Counted from the first letter of the stretch, positions 27,776 to 37,225 are shown. The stretch is DNA of 64,000 nucleotides from an uncultured Rhizobiaceae bacterium (GCA_964386015.1 CAYLSN010000001.1:627-64626), one strand, 5' to 3'. The notes: generated by a model not told the origin, from the sequence alone. Numbers and translations are program-made.

Positions 27776-28843
27776 ATGTACGCACCGGCCCGATGCCTCC
27801 TGTTCAGGCTGGATCCCGAAACCGCGCACCGTCTCTCCGTGACGGCGCTGAAGAGCGGCCTGCCGCTGACCGTTCCGCCCGTGGCTTCGCCGCGCCTGCG
27901 GGTGCAGGCCGCCGGGCTCGACTTTCCCAACCCGCTCGGCATGGCTGCCGGATATGACAAGAATGCGGAAGTGCCCGGGGCGCTGCTGAGGGCAGGTTTC
28001 GGCTTCGTCGAGGTCGGTACCGTCACGCCCCGTCCCCAGAGCGGAAACCCGCCGCCTCGCCTCTTCCGGCTTCCGGCCGATCGCGCCGTCATCAACCGGC
28101 TCGGGTTCAACAATGAGGGCCACGTTGCGGTCCTGGCCCGTCTGGAAAAGACGAAGCCCTCGGGCATTGTCGGGGTCAATCTCGGCGCCAATCGCGACAG
28201 CACCGATCGCGTCGCGGACTACGAGCGCGGAATCGAGGTCTTCGGCGCGGTGGCGGACTATCTGGCGATCAACATCTCGTCGCCCAACACTCCGGGCCTG
28301 CGCGACCTGCAGGCGGCAGAAAGGCTGGCGGAACTGCTGACGCGATGCATTTCGGCCAGGAACCGGACCGGGCGGCGTGTTCCCCTGTTCGTGAAGCTGT
28401 CTCCGGATCTGGACGACGCCGAACTCGACGAAACTGCCGCCGCCATCGCCGGGGCGGGCATCGAAGGCATCATCGTCTCGAATACGACTGTCCGCCGCGA
28501 CGGACTGCGTGCAAGCCGGGAAGCGGCGGAATCAGGCGGGCTGTCGGGCGCCCCCCTGTTTGCTCGCTCGACGCGGGCGCTGGCAAGGCTGCGACGGCGC
28601 CTTGGCCGGGACATTGTCCTGATCGGGGCAGGCGGGATCGATTCGGCGGAGGCGGCGCTCGAAAAGATTCGTGCCGGGGCAGACCTGCTGCAGCTCTACA
28701 CCGGCCTCATCTACCAGGGTCCGGGCCTTCCCGGGCGCATCGTCTCCGGGCTCGACCATCAGGCGAGGCGCGACGGCCTTGCATCGATCCGCGAGCTCCG
28801 CGACAGCAGGCTCGATCATTGGGCCGATCTGGCGATTGACTGA
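27776..28843 (+). CDS. pyrD: Dihydroorotate dehydrogenase (quinone), class 2
   Basis: LFRLDPETAH N-terminus, GFGFVEVGTVTP, INISSPNTPGLR and GGIDSAEAALEKIRAGADLLQLYTGLIY. Confidence 0.95.
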   Translation: MYAPARCLLFRLDPETAHRLSVTALKSGLPLTVPPVASPRLRVQAAGLDFPNPLGMAAGYDKNAEVPGALLRAGFGFVEVGTVTPRPQSGNPPPRLFRLPADRAVINRLGFNNEGHVAVLARLEKTKPSGIVGVNLGANRDSTDRVADYERGIEVFGAVADYLAINISSPNTPGLRDLQAAERLAELLTRCISARNRTGRRVPLFVKLSPDLDDAELDETAAAIAGAGIEGIIVSNTTVRRDGLRASREAAESGGLSGAPLFARSTRALARLRRRLGRDIVLIGAGGIDSAEAALEKIRAGADLLQLYTGLIYQGPGLPGRIVSGLDHQARRDGLASIRELRDSRLDHWADLAID

Positions 28844-28850
28844 GAGAAAC

Positions 28851-28872
28851 GGCCCGGCACATTGTCCGGGCC
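28851..28872. terminator. GC hairpin between convergent pyrD and the GntR gene (probable terminator, T-tract on the minus-strand side)
   Basis: GGCCCGG-cacattgt-CCGGGCC forms a 7-bp stem. Read on the minus strand it is followed by GTTTCTCT. Confidence 0.45.
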
Positions 28873-28880
28873 AGGCCGGA

Positions 28881-29540
28881 TCATCCGGGAAAGACAAACT
28901 GCAGCACCTTGCGGCCGGCATGTGTCAGATGCATCCGCATCGCCTCTGCCGCCGCCTCGGCATCGCCGGCGATCAGAGCCTCGACGATGGCGCGATGTTC
29001 CGCGAGCGACGCCTGCACGCGATCCGCGTGGCGAAACTGCTGGAGACGGAATGGCGCGGTGCGGGCACGGATCATGCCCATCAGTTCCCGCAGCGTATTG
29101 TTGCCTGCCGCCTGCCAGATGAACTCGTGCATGCGCTCGTTCGCCTCGGCATAGGCCAGCATGTCGCTGCGGTCGGCTGCAGCCTCGCAGGCCTCGGCCA
29201 GCCTCTGCAGCTCGATCCTGTCCAGCCCTCGCATTCTGGCTGCGGCGAAGCGGGCGCAGAGGGCCTCGAGTTCCGCTGCCGACTCGAAGAGCGAGACGAG
29301 CTCTTCCCGGCCAGGCCGCGCCACGACCGCGCTGCGATTCGGTGAATGCTCGACCAGCCGCGCCGCCGCGAGCTGCCGGATTGCTTCGCGAACCGGCGTC
29401 CGCGACACACCGAGTTCGCGGGCCACGGAACTCTCCTCGAGGCGCGTCCCCGGGGGCAGTTCTCCGTTGATGATCCGGCGCTCGAGCTCCCGGCAGACGA
29501 ATTCCACCAGCGATCGTGTCCGTGTCCGGTCCTTTTGCAC
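28881..29540 (-). CDS. GntR-family transcriptional regulator (FadR/FCD subfamily)
   Basis: Winged HTH EESSVARELGVSRTPVREAIRQL plus an all-helical FCD-like C-terminal domain. Transcribed divergently from the ligase operon. Confidence 0.9.
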   Translation of the reverse strand: MQKDRTRTRSLVEFVCRELERRIINGELPPGTRLEESSVARELGVSRTPVREAIRQLAAARLVEHSPNRSAVVARPGREELVSLFESAAELEALCARFAAARMRGLDRIELQRLAEACEAAADRSDMLAYAEANERMHEFIWQAAGNNTLRELMGMIRARTAPFRLQQFRHADRVQASLAEHRAIVEALIAGDAEAAAEAMRMHLTHAGRKVLQFVFPG

Positions 29541-29572
29541 CTGCCCTCCGATTGCATGTAATCGTTCGAAAC

Positions 29573-29580
29573 TGTATACA
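29573..29580. promoter_or_regulatory. Candidate GntR operator (TGTATACA, within AAcTGTATACAcTT)
   Basis: Perfect 8-bp palindrome with a GT...AC core in the 74-bp divergent intergenic region, about 35 nt from each start codon. Confidence 0.4.
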
Positions 29581-29614
29581 CTTGCGACGGCAAAGGGTGA
29601 AGAGAGGAAGTTTC

Positions 29615-31138
29615 ATGGCCGAAACGCTGCATGAGCTGCTGCACGCTGGCGAAGCCGGCAATATTGCACTGGCTGCCCCGGGGCGACCGCCTTTGCGCTA
29701 TGGCGAGTTCCGCAAGCTGGTGGACGACACTGCCGCCCGCCTTGCCGGGCTCGGCATCGGCCGCGGCGACCGGGTGGCGATCGTGTTGCCGAACGGACCG
29801 GAAATGGCCAGTTCCTTCCTGGCTGTGGCATGCTGCGCAACGACAGCGCCTCTCAACCCGGCCTATCGCGCGGATGAGCTGGAGTTCTACCTCACTGACA
29901 TCGGCGCCAGGGCGATCCTGGTCGGCGCGGACGAGGACGGCCCCTCGGTCGAGGTTGCAAACCGGCTCGGCATCGCCATCCTCCGGCTGCAAACCGGACC
30001 GGACCTCCCCGCCGGCAGCTTCACCATTGCGGGCGATGCCGCCGGGAGCGCGATTGCCCCTGAGCTTGCGCGCGCGGACGATGTCGCGCTGCTGCTGCAT
30101 ACTTCCGGCACGACCTCGCGGCCAAAGCTCGTGCCGCTAACTCACGCCAATCTGGCGGCATCGGCCCGGCACATTGTCGCCAGCCTGCACCTGACCGCTG
30201 ACGACCGCTGCCTCAACATCATGCCGCTGTTCCACATCCACGGTCTGGTGGCAGCGGTGCTTTCCTCGCTGGCGGCCGGCGCCAGTGTCTGCTGCACGCC
30301 GGGATTCAACGCATTGAAGTTCTTCCAGTGGATGCAGGAAGCACGGCCGACATGGTACACGGCTGTGCCCACCATGCACCAGGCAATTCTCGCACGGGCT
30401 GCCCGCAACTCCGAGATACTGCAACAGTCGAGATTGCGGTTCATCCGGTCGTCCTCGGCCTCTCTGCCCAGCCAGGTCATGGCGGAACTGGAAAGGACCT
30501 TCGGCTGCCCGGTCATCGAAGCGTATGGCATGACGGAAGCGGCGCACCAGATGGCGAGCAACCAGCTGCCGCCTGGCCGGCGGAAGCCGGGGCATGTCGG
30601 GGTGGCGGCAGGTCCCGAAGTGGCCATCATGGCGCCGGACGGAAGATTGCTGCCTCCCGGGCAAACCGGCGAAGTCGTCATTCGCGGCCCCAACGTGATG
30701 TCCGGCTATGAACGCAATCCCGCCGCGAACGAGGCCGCATTTGCCTTTGGCTGGTTCCATACCGGCGACCAGGGGGTGATGGACGAGGACGGTTTCCTCA
30801 GGATCACCGGCAGGCTGAAGGAGATCATCAACCGGGGCGGCGAGAAAATCGCACCGCTCGAGGTCGATGAGGTGCTGATGGACCATCCGGCGGTAGCGCA
30901 GGCGGTGACTTTCGCCATGCCGCACGACAAGCTTGGCGAGGAAGTTGCGGCTGCCATCGTCCTTCGCGACGGCAGCGAGGCCAGCGAGAACGAACTGCGC
31001 GCATTTGCAGCGGAGCGGCTGGCGGACTTCAAGGTGCCCAGGCGGATCGTGATCCTGGACGAGATTCCCAAGGGGCCGACGGGCAAGCTGCAGAGGATCG
31101 GTCTTGCCAGGACGCTCGGTCTGGGAGGCGATGCGTGA
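29615..31138 (+). CDS. AMP-forming acyl-CoA synthetase, AAE3/Pcs60-type (probable oxalate--CoA ligase)
   Basis: The RBS GAGAGGAAG precedes ATG 29615. AMP-binding motifs LLHTSGTTSRPK, WFHTGD and GRLKEIINRGGEKI, plus long blocks (RFIRSSSASL, TWYTAVPTMHQ) that match my recollection of plant AAE3. Confidence 0.7.
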   Translation: MAETLHELLHAGEAGNIALAAPGRPPLRYGEFRKLVDDTAARLAGLGIGRGDRVAIVLPNGPEMASSFLAVACCATTAPLNPAYRADELEFYLTDIGARAILVGADEDGPSVEVANRLGIAILRLQTGPDLPAGSFTIAGDAAGSAIAPELARADDVALLLHTSGTTSRPKLVPLTHANLAASARHIVASLHLTADDRCLNIMPLFHIHGLVAAVLSSLAAGASVCCTPGFNALKFFQWMQEARPTWYTAVPTMHQAILARAARNSEILQQSRLRFIRSSSASLPSQVMAELERTFGCPVIEAYGMTEAAHQMASNQLPPGRRKPGHVGVAAGPEVAIMAPDGRLLPPGQTGEVVIRGPNVMSGYERNPAANEAAFAFGWFHTGDQGVMDEDGFLRITGRLKEIINRGGEKIAPLEVDEVLMDHPAVAQAVTFAMPHDKLGEEVAAAIVLRDGSEASENELRAFAAERLADFKVPRRIVILDEIPKGPTGKLQRIGLARTLGLGGDA

Positions 31139-32115
31139 GCACGATATGCATTTTCGGCGCCGGCGCCATTGGCGGGCTGATGGCCGCCCATCTATCGGCC
31201 GCGGGGGAGGATGTCGCGATCGTCGCGCGCGGCCCGCATCTCGAGGCCATGCGCCGCAACGGGCTGAAGGTCATCGGCAAGAGCGGCACACTGCATGCCC
31301 GGCCGCGAATCCTCGAAGGGGCGGAGGAGACGCCGCCGGACTTCCTTGTCCTTACGCTAAAGGCACATTCGCTGCAGGCTGCCCTGCCGGCGATCCGGCC
31401 GCTGGTGGGCCCGAGGACGACCATCGTCGCCGCCGTCAACGGCGTGCCGTGGTGGTATTTCCACGGTGTCGGCGGCGAGCTCGAAGGCCGCATTGTCCGC
31501 TCCGTCGATCCGGACGGCGCCCTGTGGGAAGCATTGCCGCCGGCACGGACCATCGGCTGTGTCGTGCATCCAGCCGCGGAAATCGTCGAGCCGGGTGTGA
31601 TCGAGCACAGCTATGGCGACCGCTTCTCGATCGGGCCGGCGGCGCCGGGCAGCGACCTCCCGGTTGAGACATTTTCGCGCATGCTGATCGGCGCCGGGCT
31701 GAAATCGCCCATACGCCGCGACATTCGTGAGGAACTTTGGGTGAAGCTCTGGGGGAACATGGCCTTCAATCCCGTCAGCGCCCTTACCGGCGCGACGCTG
31801 GATGTGCTGCTCTCCGATCCGGGTACGCTGAAGGTCGTCCGCGACATGATGCTGGAAGGCCAGGCGGTCGCCAGCGCGCTTGGCGTTCGTCTGGCCATCG
31901 ATGTCGATCGCCGCATCGAGGGCGGCCGATCCGTCGGCGCGCACCGGACCTCGATGCTGCAGGATTTCGATGCAGGCCGTCCGACGGAGATCGAGGCGCT
32001 CCTTGGCGCCGTGGTCGAAATCGCCGGCTGGCTGGATGTGCCCACCCCGATCTCCAGCGCCATCCTCGCTCTTGTGCGGCAGAAGGAAACGATCCGGCGC
32101 GGGCTCAGCGCCTGA
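31135..32115 (+). CDS. Ketopantoate reductase (PanE/ApbA) family oxidoreductase, possible oxalyl-CoA reductase
   Basis: The GTG start overlaps the ligase stop (GTGA). Rossmann fold ICIFGAGAIGG, with ApbA N- and C-terminal domain patterns (KLWGNMAFNP, SMLQDFDAGRPTEIE). Confidence 0.8.
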   Translation: MSTICIFGAGAIGGLMAAHLSAAGEDVAIVARGPHLEAMRRNGLKVIGKSGTLHARPRILEGAEETPPDFLVLTLKAHSLQAALPAIRPLVGPRTTIVAAVNGVPWWYFHGVGGELEGRIVRSVDPDGALWEALPPARTIGCVVHPAAEIVEPGVIEHSYGDRFSIGPAAPGSDLPVETFSRMLIGAGLKSPIRRDIREELWVKLWGNMAFNPVSALTGATLDVLLSDPGTLKVVRDMMLEGQAVASALGVRLAIDVDRRIEGGRSVGAHRTSMLQDFDAGRPTEIEALLGAVVEIAGWLDVPTPISSAILALVRQKETIRRGLSA

Positions 32116-33055
32116 GTACCCCCGGCAGGACGCACAGCATCTCGTAGAGCAGATTGGCGCCGATCAGCGCGGTATTGCCGCTCGGATCATAGGGCGGCGA
32201 TACCTCGACCAGATCGCAACCGACGATATTGAGCCCAGCGCAGCCCCGAACCAGTTCCAGCGCCTGCCAGGTTGTCAGCCCGCCGATCTCGACAGTGCCG
32301 GTACCGGGCGCGAAGGCCGGATCAAGGCTGTCGATGTCGAAACTGACATAGGTGGGTGCGTCGCCGATGCGGCGGCGGATGTCCTCCATCAGCGGCGCGA
32401 GCGATCTGTACCAGCACTCTTCCGCCGGCACGACCGTCCAACCCTGGCGGCGCGCCCAGCCGAAATCGTCCGGGGAATAGCCGGTGCCGCGCAGTCCGAT
32501 CTGGAAAACCCGGTCGTTCTGCAGCAGGCCGTCGTCGAAGCTGCGGCGAAACGGCGTGCCATGGGCAATCTTCTCGCCGAACATCTCGTCATTGATGTCG
32601 GCATGCGCGTCGACATGGATCAGCGCCACCGGACCGTGCCGGCGCGCCATCGCCCGCAGGACCGGATAGGTGAGGGTATGATCACCGCCGAGAGTCAGCG
32701 GGATGCAGCCATGTGCGAGGATCCGGTCATATGCTTGCGTGATGATGTCCACCGTCTTCTTCAGGTCGAACGTGTTGATGGCGACATCGCCGATATCGGC
32801 CACCTGCAGGCGGTCGAAAGGAGCGGCGCCGGTCGCCATGTTGTAGGGACGGATCATGCAGGACTCGGCGCGGATCTGCCGCGGGCCATGCCGCGTGCCG
32901 GACCGGTTCGACGCGCCGATATCCATCGGGATGCCGACGAAACAGGCATTCAGACCTTCCGCCGTCGGCTGCGACGGCAGCCGCATCATGGTTGACGGCC
33001 CGCCGAAGCGAGGCATTTCGTTGCCGCCGAGCGGCTGGTTGTAACGCATGGACAT
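32105..33055 (-). CDS. Ureohydrolase-family enzyme (agmatinase / guanidino-acid hydrolase)
   Basis: Mn-binding motifs GGDHT, HVDAHADIND and SFDIDSLDP. The start is taken at ATG 33055 behind GGGGAGGA, so the track ORF to 33247 is over-extended. Confidence 0.85.
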   Translation of the reverse strand: MSMRYNQPLGGNEMPRFGGPSTMMRLPSQPTAEGLNACFVGIPMDIGASNRSGTRHGPRQIRAESCMIRPYNMATGAAPFDRLQVADIGDVAINTFDLKKTVDIITQAYDRILAHGCIPLTLGGDHTLTYPVLRAMARRHGPVALIHVDAHADINDEMFGEKIAHGTPFRRSFDDGLLQNDRVFQIGLRGTGYSPDDFGWARRQGWTVVPAEECWYRSLAPLMEDIRRRIGDAPTYVSFDIDSLDPAFAPGTGTVEIGGLTTWQALELVRGCAGLNIVGCDLVEVSPPYDPSGNTALIGANLLYEMLCVLPGVLRR

Positions 33056-33130
33056 GAAGTTCCTCCCCATTTGCCCGGCATCGCGCTCCCGGGCAGGCGG
33101 GGCAACATACCCGCGGCCGCCGGTCACTAC

Positions 33131-33160
33131 AAGAAAGGCCGCGCTGATATTCGGGCGGCC
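33131..33160 (-). terminator. Rho-independent terminator after tenA
   Basis: On the minus strand, GGCCGC-ccgaatatca-GCGGCC is followed by TTTCTT, starting 22 nt after the tenA stop. Confidence 0.45.
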
Positions 33161-33182
33161 AAATGGCCCGTGAGACCCGGGC

Positions 33183-33860
33183 CTAGGCCTCGCCCAGTCC
33201 CCAGAAGCCGATTTCCAGTCGCGCCGCCGTTTCGAAATGCCGGGCAAGTCGCGTCCAGCGAGGGCTGGACCATGGCCGGGGGCCGAGCCTGCGCTGCACG
33301 GCGCAGTCGATCAGCGCACCGGTATCGCGGCAGAGCTGCTGAAAGGGTTCCCCGGAATAGGTATCGATCCAGTCACGATACGGCGTATCGGCGGCACCCT
33401 CCCTGGCCAGGCGCAGGCCGATTTCGCCATATCCCATGACGCAGGGTGACAATGCCGCCATCAGGTCGAGAAAATCGCCGCTGTAGCCGGCTTCCAGCAC
33501 ATAGCGGGTATAGGCGAGATTGGCGCTGGCCTCTTCCGTCGCTTGCAGCTCCGCTTCGGAAATCCCTGCCTCGGCGCAAATCCGCACATGCAGGGGCATC
33601 TCGAGAGTGACCAGCGCATGCACCGCGGATGCCGCAGCCTTCATTTCCTCCAACGTCTCCGCCTTGACCGCCGCCAGCGCCCAGGCCCGGGAGAAGTGGA
33701 ACAGGAACAGATAGTCCTGACGCAGATAGGACAGAAAGGACTGGCGCGGCAGGCTTCCGTCACCGAGTTGGCGCACGAAAGGATGGTGGACATAGTCGTG
33801 CCAGGACGGGCTGGCCTCCCGCCACGCGGCGAAGGTCGATCCATAGTCAGCCCCCGGCAT
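33183..33860 (-). CDS. tenA: TenA-family thiaminase II / aminopyrimidine aminohydrolase
   Basis: 225 aa with HPFVRQLGDGSLPRQSFLSYLRQDYLFL and SPCVMGYGEIG (catalytic Cys region). Last gene of the thi operon. Confidence 0.85.
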   Translation of the reverse strand: MPGADYGSTFAAWREASPSWHDYVHHPFVRQLGDGSLPRQSFLSYLRQDYLFLFHFSRAWALAAVKAETLEEMKAAASAVHALVTLEMPLHVRICAEAGISEAELQATEEASANLAYTRYVLEAGYSGDFLDLMAALSPCVMGYGEIGLRLAREGAADTPYRDWIDTYSGEPFQQLCRDTGALIDCAVQRRLGPRPWSSPRWTRLARHFETAARLEIGFWGLGEA

Positions 33861-34467
33861 GAGCCTGTTCCTCCCGTGTGACCCGCAGCCATTCCGTTGT
33901 CCGGGCCTCCGGATCCGGATGCAGGGTGATGTCGGTTACAACGGAGATGATGTCGGCACCGGCCGCGAATGCGCCTTCCGCCCGGTCGGGCGACATTCCG
34001 CCGATTGCCACGAGAGGCAGGTCGCCCACCCTGTTGCGCCATGCCCGCAATCGATCAAGGCCCTGACTGTGCCATTTCATCTTCTTCAGCCTGGTCGGGT
34101 AGATCGGACCCAGCGCCACATAGTCCGGCTCGCAGCCGAGCGCCCGCTCCAGTTCGGCTTCATCGTGCGTGGAGATGCCGAACCGGACCCCGGCGCGACG
34201 CAGGGCGGGCAGGTCGGCGCCGTCGAGGTCCTCCTGCCCGAGATGAACGAAATCGCAGCCGAGATCGATGGCCTCGCGCCAGTAATCATTGATGACCAGC
34301 CGGGCGCCGTGACGGGCGCACAGATCGCGCGCCGATGCGATTTCGGACCGGATTTCCGCGGCCGGCCGGTCCTTGATCCGGAGCTGCACCAGGCCGACGC
34401 CCAGGGGCAGCATGCGCCGCAGCCAGCCGGCGCCATCGAAGATCGGATAGAATCGCGGAAGCCTCAT
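33847..34467 (-). CDS. thiE: Thiamine-phosphate synthase
   Basis: Starts at [11 protein letters not shown] (ATG 34467, overlapping the thiG stop). Motifs VQLRIKD, VHLGQED and GPIYPT. The track ORF to 35022 is a read-through artefact. Confidence 0.9.
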   Translation of the reverse strand: MRLPRFYPIFDGAGWLRRMLPLGVGLVQLRIKDRPAAEIRSEIASARDLCARHGARLVINDYWREAIDLGCDFVHLGQEDLDGADLPALRRAGVRFGISTHDEAELERALGCEPDYVALGPIYPTRLKKMKWHSQGLDRLRAWRNRVGDLPLVAIGGMSPDRAEGAFAAGADIISVVTDITLHPDPEARTTEWLRVTREEQAHAGG

Positions 34468-35228
34468 GCGAGGACCGCCTTGCCGCGCTCCGGCGTGGAG
34501 GGAACGGCACTCGGCCTTGGCTGCATCGGGCCTGCCAGCCAGGCCAGCCTTCCCGCTTCGACCGCCGCCGCCATGGCCTTCGCCATTCGGGCCGGGTGTT
34601 GCGCCGTGGCGACGGCGGTATTCACCAGTACCGCGTCGAAACCCAGCTCCATCACCGCGGCGGCATGACTCGGCACGCCGATGCCTGCGTCCAGCACCAG
34701 CGGAAGGTCCGGGAAAGTGCGGCGCAGCAGCCTCAGGCCGCGATCGTTGAGCAGGCCGAGTCCCGTGCCGATCGGTGCACCCCAGGGCATCAGCACCTCG
34801 CAGCCCGCATCGACCAGGCGCCCGGCCACAGTCAGATCCTCCGTGCAATAGGGAAAGACCTGGAATCCGTCGGCTGCGAGAATTCTCGCCGCCTCCACCG
34901 TCCCGAAACAGTCCGGCTGCAGCGTCTCGCGATGACCGAGCACCTCCAGCTTGATCCAGGGCGTGCCGTAGATTTCGCGCGCCATATGGGCCGTCGTGAC
35001 CGCTTCCCTGACCGTGTAGCATCCGGCCGTGTTGGGCAGGATCGGCACGCCGAGCGACCGGATCCTTGCCTGGAACTCCTCCGAATCGTCTCCGGCGCGG
35101 CGAAGCGAGACTGTGGCAAGGCCGGCACCGGATTCCCGGAACGCCTCGACGATCGCCTCGCCCGAAGGATAGCGGGCCGTTCCCAGCAACAGCCGGCTCG
35201 ATATTTCCGTGTCGTAGAACTTCAGCAT
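34464..35228 (-). CDS. thiG: Thiazole synthase
   Basis: Starts at [20 protein letters not shown] (ATG 35228, AGGAGG upstream). Motifs TIKLEV-like WIKLEV and [11 protein letters not shown]. Confidence 0.95.
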   Translation of the reverse strand: MLKFYDTEISSRLLLGTARYPSGEAIVEAFRESGAGLATVSLRRAGDDSEEFQARIRSLGVPILPNTAGCYTVREAVTTAHMAREIYGTPWIKLEVLGHRETLQPDCFGTVEAARILAADGFQVFPYCTEDLTVAGRLVDAGCEVLMPWGAPIGTGLGLLNDRGLRLLRRTFPDLPLVLDAGIGVPSHAAAVMELGFDAVLVNTAVATAQHPARMAKAMAAAVEAGRLAWLAGPMQPRPSAVPSTPERGKAVLA

Positions 35229-35229
35229 G

Positions 35230-35430
35230 TCAGCCTCCTTGCATGGGAGCGACGACCTCGATCGCATCGCCCTCGCGGATTTCGGTTTCTGCACGCAGTC
35301 CGCGCGGGACAAACTCGCCATTGAGGGCCGTCGCCACATAGGGCCGGTCCAGCTGCAATTCCGCCAGAACGGCCGCAAGGCTCTTGCCGGAAACCTTGCG
35401 GACATCGCCATTGATGCTGATTTCAATCAT
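35230..35430 (-). CDS. thiS: Sulfur-carrier protein ThiS
   Basis: 66 aa ending in the diglycine PMQGG. The start ATG 35430 overlaps the thiD end. Confidence 0.9.
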   Translation of the reverse strand: MIEISINGDVRKVSGKSLAAVLAELQLDRPYVATALNGEFVPRGLRAETEIREGDAIEVVAPMQGG

Positions 35431-36319
35431 GACAGACCTCCTTGTCGGGCCAGATCGCGTGAAAATGGTGAACCGGGCCGTGCCCCGAGCCGATTGCAAG
35501 CGCATCGGCGGCACGGATCGCCGCCTGCAGCCAGGCATGCGCCCGGTCCACGGCCTCGGGCATCGGGCGACCGAGCGCCAGGTGCGCCGCGATGGCGGCC
35601 GAGAGCGAGCATCCGGTACCATGCGTGTTGCGGGTTGGAATACGTTTTGCCTGCCATCGCCGGACGCCGCTGCGTCCGACCAGCAGATCGATGCAGTCGG
35701 CTCCGGGCAGATGCCCGCCCTTCATCAGCACGAATTCGGGTCCGAGCCGCAGCAACCTGTACCCCTGCGCGGCCATTTCCCGCCCGTTCACGGCATCGGC
35801 CTCTCCCAGCAGCCGGGCAGCTTCGGGCAGGTTGGGCGTAAGGAGCCGCGCAAGCGGAAGGAGCTGGCCACGCATCGCCTCGACGGCATCGTCCGGCAGC
35901 AACGCATCCCCGGATTTGGCGACCATCACCGGATCGAGCACGACAGGCACGTCGCGTCCGGCAAGCCCTTGTGCGACCGCTTCCATGATCTGCGCGGAAG
36001 CAAGCATGCCGACCTTCACCGCCGCGACGGGCAGATCGGCGAAGACGGCTTCGATCTGCGCGCGCACCATGCCCGGCGAGATCTCCTCCACCGCCGCGAC
36101 GGTGCGCGTGTTCTGGGCGGTGACGGCAGTGAGTACGCTGGCGCCGTAGACGCCCAGCGCCGAGAACGTCTTCAGATCGGCCTGGATTCCGGCGCCGCCG
36201 CCGCTGTCGGATCCGGCTATGGTCAGTGCGATGGCGGTCAATCCATCCCTCCTTGCTGCGGATCGTGCGGTGGAGGGAGGATTTCCGGAATGGAGCCCGG
36301 TGATTCGGGCCGCTTCCAA
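35423..36319 (-). CDS. thiD: Hydroxymethylpyrimidine / phosphomethylpyrimidine kinase
   Basis: [20 protein letters not shown] and [15 protein letters not shown]. The first possible start is TTG 36319 right after the riboswitch, but the true start may be a few codons downstream. Confidence 0.9.
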   Translation of the reverse strand: MEAARITGLHSGNPPSTARSAARRDGLTAIALTIAGSDSGGGAGIQADLKTFSALGVYGASVLTAVTAQNTRTVAAVEEISPGMVRAQIEAVFADLPVAAVKVGMLASAQIMEAVAQGLAGRDVPVVLDPVMVAKSGDALLPDDAVEAMRGQLLPLARLLTPNLPEAARLLGEADAVNGREMAAQGYRLLRLGPEFVLMKGGHLPGADCIDLLVGRSGVRRWQAKRIPTRNTHGTGCSLSAAIAAHLALGRPMPEAVDRAHAWLQAAIRAADALAIGSGHGPVHHFHAIWPDKEVCHD

Positions 36320-36410
36320 CCTACGCGTTCCCTCCGCCGGTATGATCCGGATCAGGTTCGGTGGGTTGGCGCTGTGCGCCTCTCAGCCCTTGCGGGCACC
36401 CCAACGGTAA
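36320..36410 (-). promoter_or_regulatory. TPP (THI-box) riboswitch
   Basis: The minus strand reads CGTTGGGGTGCCCGCAAGGGCTGAGAGGCGCACAGCGCCAACCCACCGAACCTGATCCGGATCATACCGGCGGAGGGAACG. It has the conserved CUGAGA and ACCUGAUCCGGAUCAUACCGG elements and P1 pairing CGTT/AACG. Confidence 0.9.
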
Positions 36411-36487
36411 GTCGGAGCGGACACTACAGGATGGCAACGGGGGTGGCAACCCCGGCAAGCGTGCAAGCGGAGCCTGCCGGCGCGCGG

Positions 36488-37225
36488 TCAGGATTGTGGA
36501 TGCCGCTTCGGCCGCAGACCGGAATGGAACCACTCGATGAGCGTGACCACGTCATAGACCGGCAGGTCGAACCTCTCCTGGACCGCGGCGGAATAGGGGC
36601 CGAGATTGGCGCATTCGCAGACCAGCGCTCCCACTTCCGGATGCTGGTCCAGAAAGGCCTCTACCACCCGCAATACCTCCGCTTCCTGCTCGGCATAGGA
36701 GACGCGGCGAACTCCGGTCTTCATGTTGGTCCGGATGACGCCCTGCTCAGGCAACTCGGCGACCGGCAGATCTGCGGGAGCCCCGACGCCGGCGAAATGA
36801 TCGGGCGTGAGCTTCTCCTTGTCGGCGGTGATCACGCCGACCCGCTTGCCTCCCGGCAGCAGGGACTGGACCAGCGGGATCTGCAGGAGGCTCGTCGCGG
36901 CGATGGGCACGGGCGAATATGCGGCCAGGCGCGGTTGCGTTGCCGCGAGAAATCCGCAGCTGGTCGTGATGCCGTCGACCCCCAGAGCCACCATCTCGTC
37001 GATCGCCCTGAAGAAGGGCGGCAGGTAATCTTCCGGGTCTCCGCCGATGACGCGCTGCGGAGTAACTCCCCTGACCACGGTGAACTGGACCGGGAACGAC
37101 CAGGTCCGGGCATTGGCGATATCCCCGGGCAGCCGCTGAAAGCTTGTGTCGAGTACCAATATGCCGATGCTCACCCCATGCACGGGCCGGCCGCGGTCGC
37201 GAGCGGAATTGACGGGAGCGGTCAA
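36488..37225 (-). CDS. Asp/Glu/hydantoin-racemase-superfamily protein (two-cysteine type)
   Basis: ISIGILVLDT, ITTSCGFL and ALVCECANLG supply two candidate catalytic Cys residues. The start is uncertain: TTG 37225 behind GGAGGA, or GTG 37183/37174. The track ORF to 37486 is over-extended. Confidence 0.7.
   Translation of the reverse strand: MTAPVNSARDRGRPVHGVSIGILVLDTSFQRLPGDIANARTWSFPVQFTVVRGVTPQRVIGGDPEDYLPPFFRAIDEMVALGVDGITTSCGFLAATQPRLAAYSPVPIAATSLLQIPLVQSLLPGGKRVGVITADKEKLTPDHFAGVGAPADLPVAELPEQGVIRTNMKTGVRRVSYAEQEAEVLRVVEAFLDQHPEVGALVCECANLGPYSAAVQERFDLPVYDVVTLIEWFHSGLRPKRHPQS

Noticed and set aside
33847-35022. 391-aa ORF suggesting a much longer ThiE
   Set aside because: The N-terminal 185 codons run out of frame through thiG. 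The ThiE homology begins at [11 protein letters not shown] (ATG 34467), which overlaps the thiG stop.
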